Below are positions 58,721 to 64,000 of a stretch of DNA of 64,000 nt, in pieces; position 1 is the first letter of the stretch, and each line of letters begins with the position of its first letter. Source of the stretch: the human T2T-CHM13v2.0 reference genome, Homo sapiens; assembly GCF_009914755.1 (NCBI RefSeq), contig NC_060926.1; one strand, 5' to 3'. Under the pieces are notes generated by a model. That model ran no database searches. It was not told where the DNA came from and saw only the letters and a program-made list of their open reading frames with translations. The translations under genes were made by a program, and so were the position numbers.

Positions 58721-59549
58721 CGGAGATGAGCATCCCAGCTGAGGCTGTGTGTATTCAAGGAACAGAAAAGCTCTAGTGACTGGTGTATGGAGAGAGGGGA
58801 GAGTGGTAAAAAGAGGATTTTTCTAAAGAGAGAGTCTAAGCTCCAAATAGGACACAATATAGCCTTGGAGATTAAAGTAATGTGGATTCTGCATAATATT
58901 TGATTTTTCTGAAGTTGTCCTTTATGTTAATACAGCAGTAAACATTTTAGAGGAAACAAATTTGGAATGAAATAACAAAGAAAATCAGTTTCTGAAACTG
59001 ATCACTCACTGTGGAATCTGAAAGTCACATTTTTCTCACTGGTCAGGGAACAGCTCATTCTCCATCATATTGTTCTTGTTATCACTATAATGATGATCAT
59101 ATTAAGGCAATTATTAAAAATAATTATTACCATTGTTTATTGATTTATAAACGTGCTTTCCAAACTGTAAGACCCTCATTTATATATAAAGAAAGAAAGA
59201 CCATTAATGAGCAGAGAGCTGGATACTGTCAGCTGCTGCTTTGATGTGTTAATTGCAAGTCATTCTAATCTTATTATTAAAGAAGAGCTTCTGCCAGGCA
59301 GTGAGCCCAATTGTAAATACCATATGTACTTGAAATTAATCCGACTGCATTTATTTTGAACACTCCTGCAATTTTCACTTTATACAACTGTTTATTAAGC
59401 ATCTACTGTGCCCATAGCACCACAGCCAGCTTTTTGGTTGAATAAGGAGCAATAAACGACATGACCGTGGCCTCTGCTTTCAAAGCTCTTAGAGGCTAGC
59501 TGAGATTACTAGATGCATCAGCATGAAAAGTATAGGGAATAGGATTTAA

Positions 59550-59985
59550 AATCAGATGTGATTGCATGTGCCCTGTGACTTTGAGCAAGTTATTTTGTAT
59601 CTTTGAGCTGCAATTTATCATATAGAGATAGTGATAGAGGCAGGATCACATAGAGGTTACACACTTGGACTCTGGAAACAGACTGAGTTCTGACACTTCT
59701 CAGCTGTGTGATCTTAGACATGTTACTTAACCTCTCTGTGCCTCAATTCCCTGTCTGGAAAATGAGGGTAGTGATAGTTCTTGCCTCATGAATTGCTATG
59801 AAGATTAAATTAGTTAATAGTATAAAGAGCTTAGAAGAGTCCCTGAAAAATGATAAATTCTAAGGGTTTATTAAATCAACGAAATAAGTAATGCCTATCT
59901 CACAGTATTGCTTTTAAAATTAAATGGAATAGCATATAAATTTCCTAGTATAAAACTTTGCATATAATATTCAATTAATGTTGTT
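59550..59985 (+). mobile_element. MIR nested in MIR
   Basis: Near-complete MIR at about 59640-59875 between the 5' part (about 59550-59635) and 3' part (about 59885-59985) of another. Confidence 0.6.
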
Positions 59986-60067
59986 TCTTCCTTTCTTTGC
60001 TCTTTTTCTTCCTTTTAGAATAGTATACCAGGAGCATTTTCTGCCTATGTTTGCATATGAGATGTAG

Positions 60068-60245
60068 ACTGGTGGTTCACAAACTTTGCTGCATGTTAGA
60101 ACCAGTTGGGATCTTTAAATATTCCTGATTCCTAGGCTCACCTTAGATGAAGTAAATCACATTGACTAGGGATAGAACCCAGGAATCAACATTAAAAAAA
60201 ACTGTCCCACGATTTCAATGTTTAGCCAAGTTGGAGAACCAGTAG
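60068..60245. mobile_element. MER5A-like (hAT-Charlie)
   Basis: gtggttcacaaactttgctgcatgttagaa...gttggagaaccagt. Confidence 0.75.
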
Positions 60246-60289
60246 AATATAGAATAGCAGGGGCCCAGAAGGTTTCTTGGAGGTCTTCT

Positions 60290-60573
60290 TCTTTTTTTTT
60301 TTTTTTTTTGAGATGGAGTCTCACTGTGTTGCCCAGGCTGAAGTGCAGTGGTGTGATCTCTGTTTCCTGCAACCTCCGTCGCTTGAGCGATTCTCCTGCT
60401 TTGGCCTCCCGAGTAGCTGAGATTACAGGCATGTGCCACCATGCCCGGCTAATTTTGCTAGAAGGTTTTCACCATGTTGGCCAGGCTGATCTCGAACTCC
60501 TGACCTCAAGTGATCTGCCTGCCTTGGCCTCCCAAACTGCTGGGATTACAGGCATGAGCCACTGCACCCAGCC
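60290..60573 (-). mobile_element. Alu (AluS)
   Basis: Antisense Alu; TSD ggaggt(c/t)ttctt. Confidence 0.93.
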
Positions 60574-60649
60574 AGGAGGTTTTCTTTTTATTGGCTCATA
60601 GAAGTTGTCTTTGCAGCTCAACCTCCTCAGCAACTGAAATTGTACCTTC

Positions 60650-62070
60650 CACAATCATTATTGGCACTTGTGATGTGTGGGGTACAAAGGGTGCATCATT
60701 GAGCAAGGAAAGCAAAGGCCCATCCTCATGGAATTTTCATGAGAAAGTGGAGGTAGACACATGTGGTAAAGGATAAATATAGTGCTAAGAAGGACAGCAG
60801 TGCATGCTACAAAGTGGAGAAAACAGCAGTGGTGTAGAGTAGTGCAGAGTGTGGGGTAAGCTCAGGAGAGCTTTTCAGTGAAGTTCAATGTTGGAGCTGA
60901 GCCCAGAGTGAGGAGATGGTGCCCCTCACGGGAAGAGCACCACAGGTAGCAGCAACGGCTTCGTGAATTAGAGGGGCAGAGGCTGTGAGGCGGCTGCACA
61001 GTGGGTGCTGAGGAAGGACCTGGACAGGAGCACGGGGCATGGAGAAGTGGAGCATGGAAAGGCAGACCCTGGGCTTGCAGGACTTTTTGGAGATGCTGAG
61101 GATTTTATTTGGGTTTTGTTTGACCTGCAATAGGAAGCCACCTGAGGCAGATAAGTGATCTACTTTACCTTTTAAAAAATGGTCCCTGTCACATGGGTAG
61201 GGGCTGGGGCATTAAGGGTGAGCAGTGAGTGCAGGGGGAATGGTCAGGAGGCTGCAAGTGCAGCTCAAGTTAGAGGTGACCTTGACCACCTTTGGACAAG
61301 GGTGGTAGCAGTAAGGCAGGATGGCATCAGTTGGATTGCAGAAACCCCATTGAGGAAGAGCCCATATGTATTAGTTCGTTTTCATGCTGCTGATAAAGAG
61401 ATACCCGAGACTAGCCAATTTACAAAATAAAGAGCTTTAATTGGACTTACAGTTCCACATGGCTGGGGAGGCCTCACAATCATGGCGAATGGCAAGGAGG
61501 AGCAGGTCACATCTTACGTGGATGGCAGCAGGCAAAAAAAATAAGAGCTCGTGCAAAGAAACTCGTGTTTTTTAAAACCATCAGATCTCGTGAGCCGCAT
61601 TCACTATCATGAGAACAGCATGGGAAAGACCCGCCCCCATGATTCAGTCATCTCCCACCGGGTCCCTCCCACAACATGTGGGAATTATAAGAGCTACAAT
61701 TTGAGGTTTGGGTGGGGCCACAGAAGCAAAGCTTATCACTCACTATAGGACTTGCTGATGGACGGGACCTAGTAGGTTCAGGAAGGCGCAGAGTCAAAAT
61801 GACTCCCAGATGTTTGGCCTGAACAAGTGAATGGATGGTGCCATTTTTAGAGGGGGAGGACTGAGGGAAGAATGGATATCGAGAGGGTGGGAACAAGAGC
61901 AAGAGTGATGAGACAGGAAACCAACAACTCTGCAGCAGACAGGTTAAGGTGCCACGTGACATTCAGGTGGAAATGTCTGGGTCCCAGGGAAAGGGTCAGA
62001 CTGAGATCTCAATGCAGGCAGTGTCATGTTTAGAGGACATTTAAGCCGTGTGCCGGTTGAGATCCACCTC
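60650..62070 (-). mobile_element. L2, interrupted by a THE1 LTR
   Basis: ggacttgctgatgga...gactcccagatgtttggcctgaaca...atggatggtgccatttt; tggacaagggtggtagcagt. Confidence 0.7.
61367..61738 (-). mobile_element. THE1 (THE1B/C-like) solo LTR
   Basis: tgtattagt.cgttttcatgctgctgataaaga...cagttccacatggctggggaggcctcacaatcatgg...cactatcatgagaacagcatggg. Confidence 0.92.
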
Positions 62071-62499
62071 CCTGAGGCTCAGGGTCAGCTGTTGTTCCCC
62101 AACATTCTTCAGGCCCCCTTCCCACTGGTCGGAGGCTCGTAGTAGGGTTTCTGGATGTCTTGGGTTGGTACCCGTGGCCAGGCTGGGGATGAGGTGGAGA
62201 GACTAAAACTCCTGTTTTTACTGGGAATGCCAGGCCTATTCAGAATCCGGCTCAGGAGCATTTGGGAGAAGCTGTGGTCTCACCTTGAATCAGCTGTGAA
62301 ATTTCTACAAATGACATGGCCATGCTGTGCAGAACAGCACCTGGGAATAGGTATAGTCTAGAGGGATTTCAAGCATTCTTTTTTTCTCTCTCTGTCTTTC
62401 CCTGGAAGCAGAGTTGAGTTGGTTGCCTCGGCAAACTTATCTCAGTCATCTTAAAACTGAGCTTTGAATTTCTTTTCCAGCAACTTCCTGGAAGCAGCA

Positions 62500-62650
62500 C
62501 GGTTGAAAGAGCCCTCGGCTGGGAGCCCAGCTGACTGGCTTTGTGATCTTGGGCAAGTCACTTAACCTCCAGGAGCCACGGTGCCTTCATCTGCAAAATG
62601 AGGAGGTCAGATGGGGTGTTGGCTCCACTCTCTTTTAGCGCTAATGATCC
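62500..62650 (+). mobile_element. MIR fragment
   Basis: tgtgatcttgggcaagtcacttaacctc...catctgcaaaatgagg. Confidence 0.7.
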
Positions 62651-63212
62651 GGCTCCTTAAAGTCAATTGCTTCCTCTGCTCCTATCAAAGAAGTGAGGCA
62701 GAGAGAGGTGGGGAGGGGTTGCCTGCTCGGATCAAAGTGTTGCCTCCCAGAGCCCTTGCCTTCAGCCTGTGGGATTTTCTCATCCTGCCTCTTAAAAACT
62801 AAAAGGAAGAGAAATGTGACAATTGAAGACCTTTGTGGATTCTGGGGTGGGACTTGATCAATACTTGATCACCTACTCAGAGCCTAAGCATAAGCTCCTC
62901 TTTGGGGAACTAGAGAGGATTAGTCAAAAGAAAGAAGAAAGGAATAACAATAATCATAAAGAGACGATTCATTTCCAGCTCTTAAGAAAGTCATATTCTA
63001 ATTGCTCAGTAAAGCATAACATTATCGAACCCTTACTATGTTCTAAGAAATGAGTGTTAGATAAATGTGGTATATCATTTAATTCTCTTTTAAAATGCTA
63101 AATACTTTCCTTTTTATCAATTTTCAGGATAGCTTTGTGCTCAAGCAACTTCTAAGATAAACAATGATGTTTAAAAATTTATTATGAACTCAAAGATTTT
63201 TATATATTTCAC

Positions 63213-63817
<605 letters not shown>

Positions 63818-63884
63818 TTTGGTCAGGGGCAATCCTTCAAATTTGCTCCTATGTCTTTTGACACAGTTTCCTTGTTTTTTGGTA

Positions 63885-64000
63885 CATTACTTCATTCTTA
63901 CAACAACCCCAAAGAGATAGACACTATTATTATCTGCATTTTACAGATGATGAAATGGAGTACTGCCCAAGGCCACAAGGCCATTAAAGGTGGCTTTGGG
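63885..64000 (-). mobile_element. MIR fragment
   Basis: tattattatctgcattttacagatgatgaaa. Confidence 0.65.

Noticed and set aside
61459-61471. PRDM9 hotspot motif in the THE1 LTR
   Set aside because: The minus strand reads CCTCCCCAGCCAT, not the hotspot-associated CCTCCCTAGCCAC.

Overview
Primate (most likely human) genomic DNA, about half interspersed repeats: roughly 37 Alu/FLAM copies (AluJ, S and Y types, about 28 on the minus strand and 9 on the plus strand), many MIR and L2 relics, a Tigger1 transposase fossil, Tigger3/MER7, MER82, MER3, MER30, two MER5, three MLT1-type LTRs and one THE1 LTR. I recognise no conventional protein-coding exon and cannot name the locus. Most long ORFs in the track are Alu or simple-repeat read-throughs. 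Repeat family calls are from recalled consensus sequences and their boundaries are approximate. The non-repeat signals are: (1) two paralogous 15-nt microexon-like modules about 970 bp apart (19901-19915 and 20869-20883) with neural-microexon architecture and two synonymous differences in one frame; (2) a GC-rich RFX-box element between them; (3) a CpG-rich promoter-like region at about 48.75-49.87 kb with octamer/E-box and inverted TCF/LEF sites; (4) a gap-free 191-bp non-Alu inverted duplication just upstream of it; (5) two minisatellites flanking it; (6) a tiny TSD-flanked retrocopy of an unidentified small RNA; (7) splice signals suggesting a non-coding + strand transcript at 4-10.5 kb.
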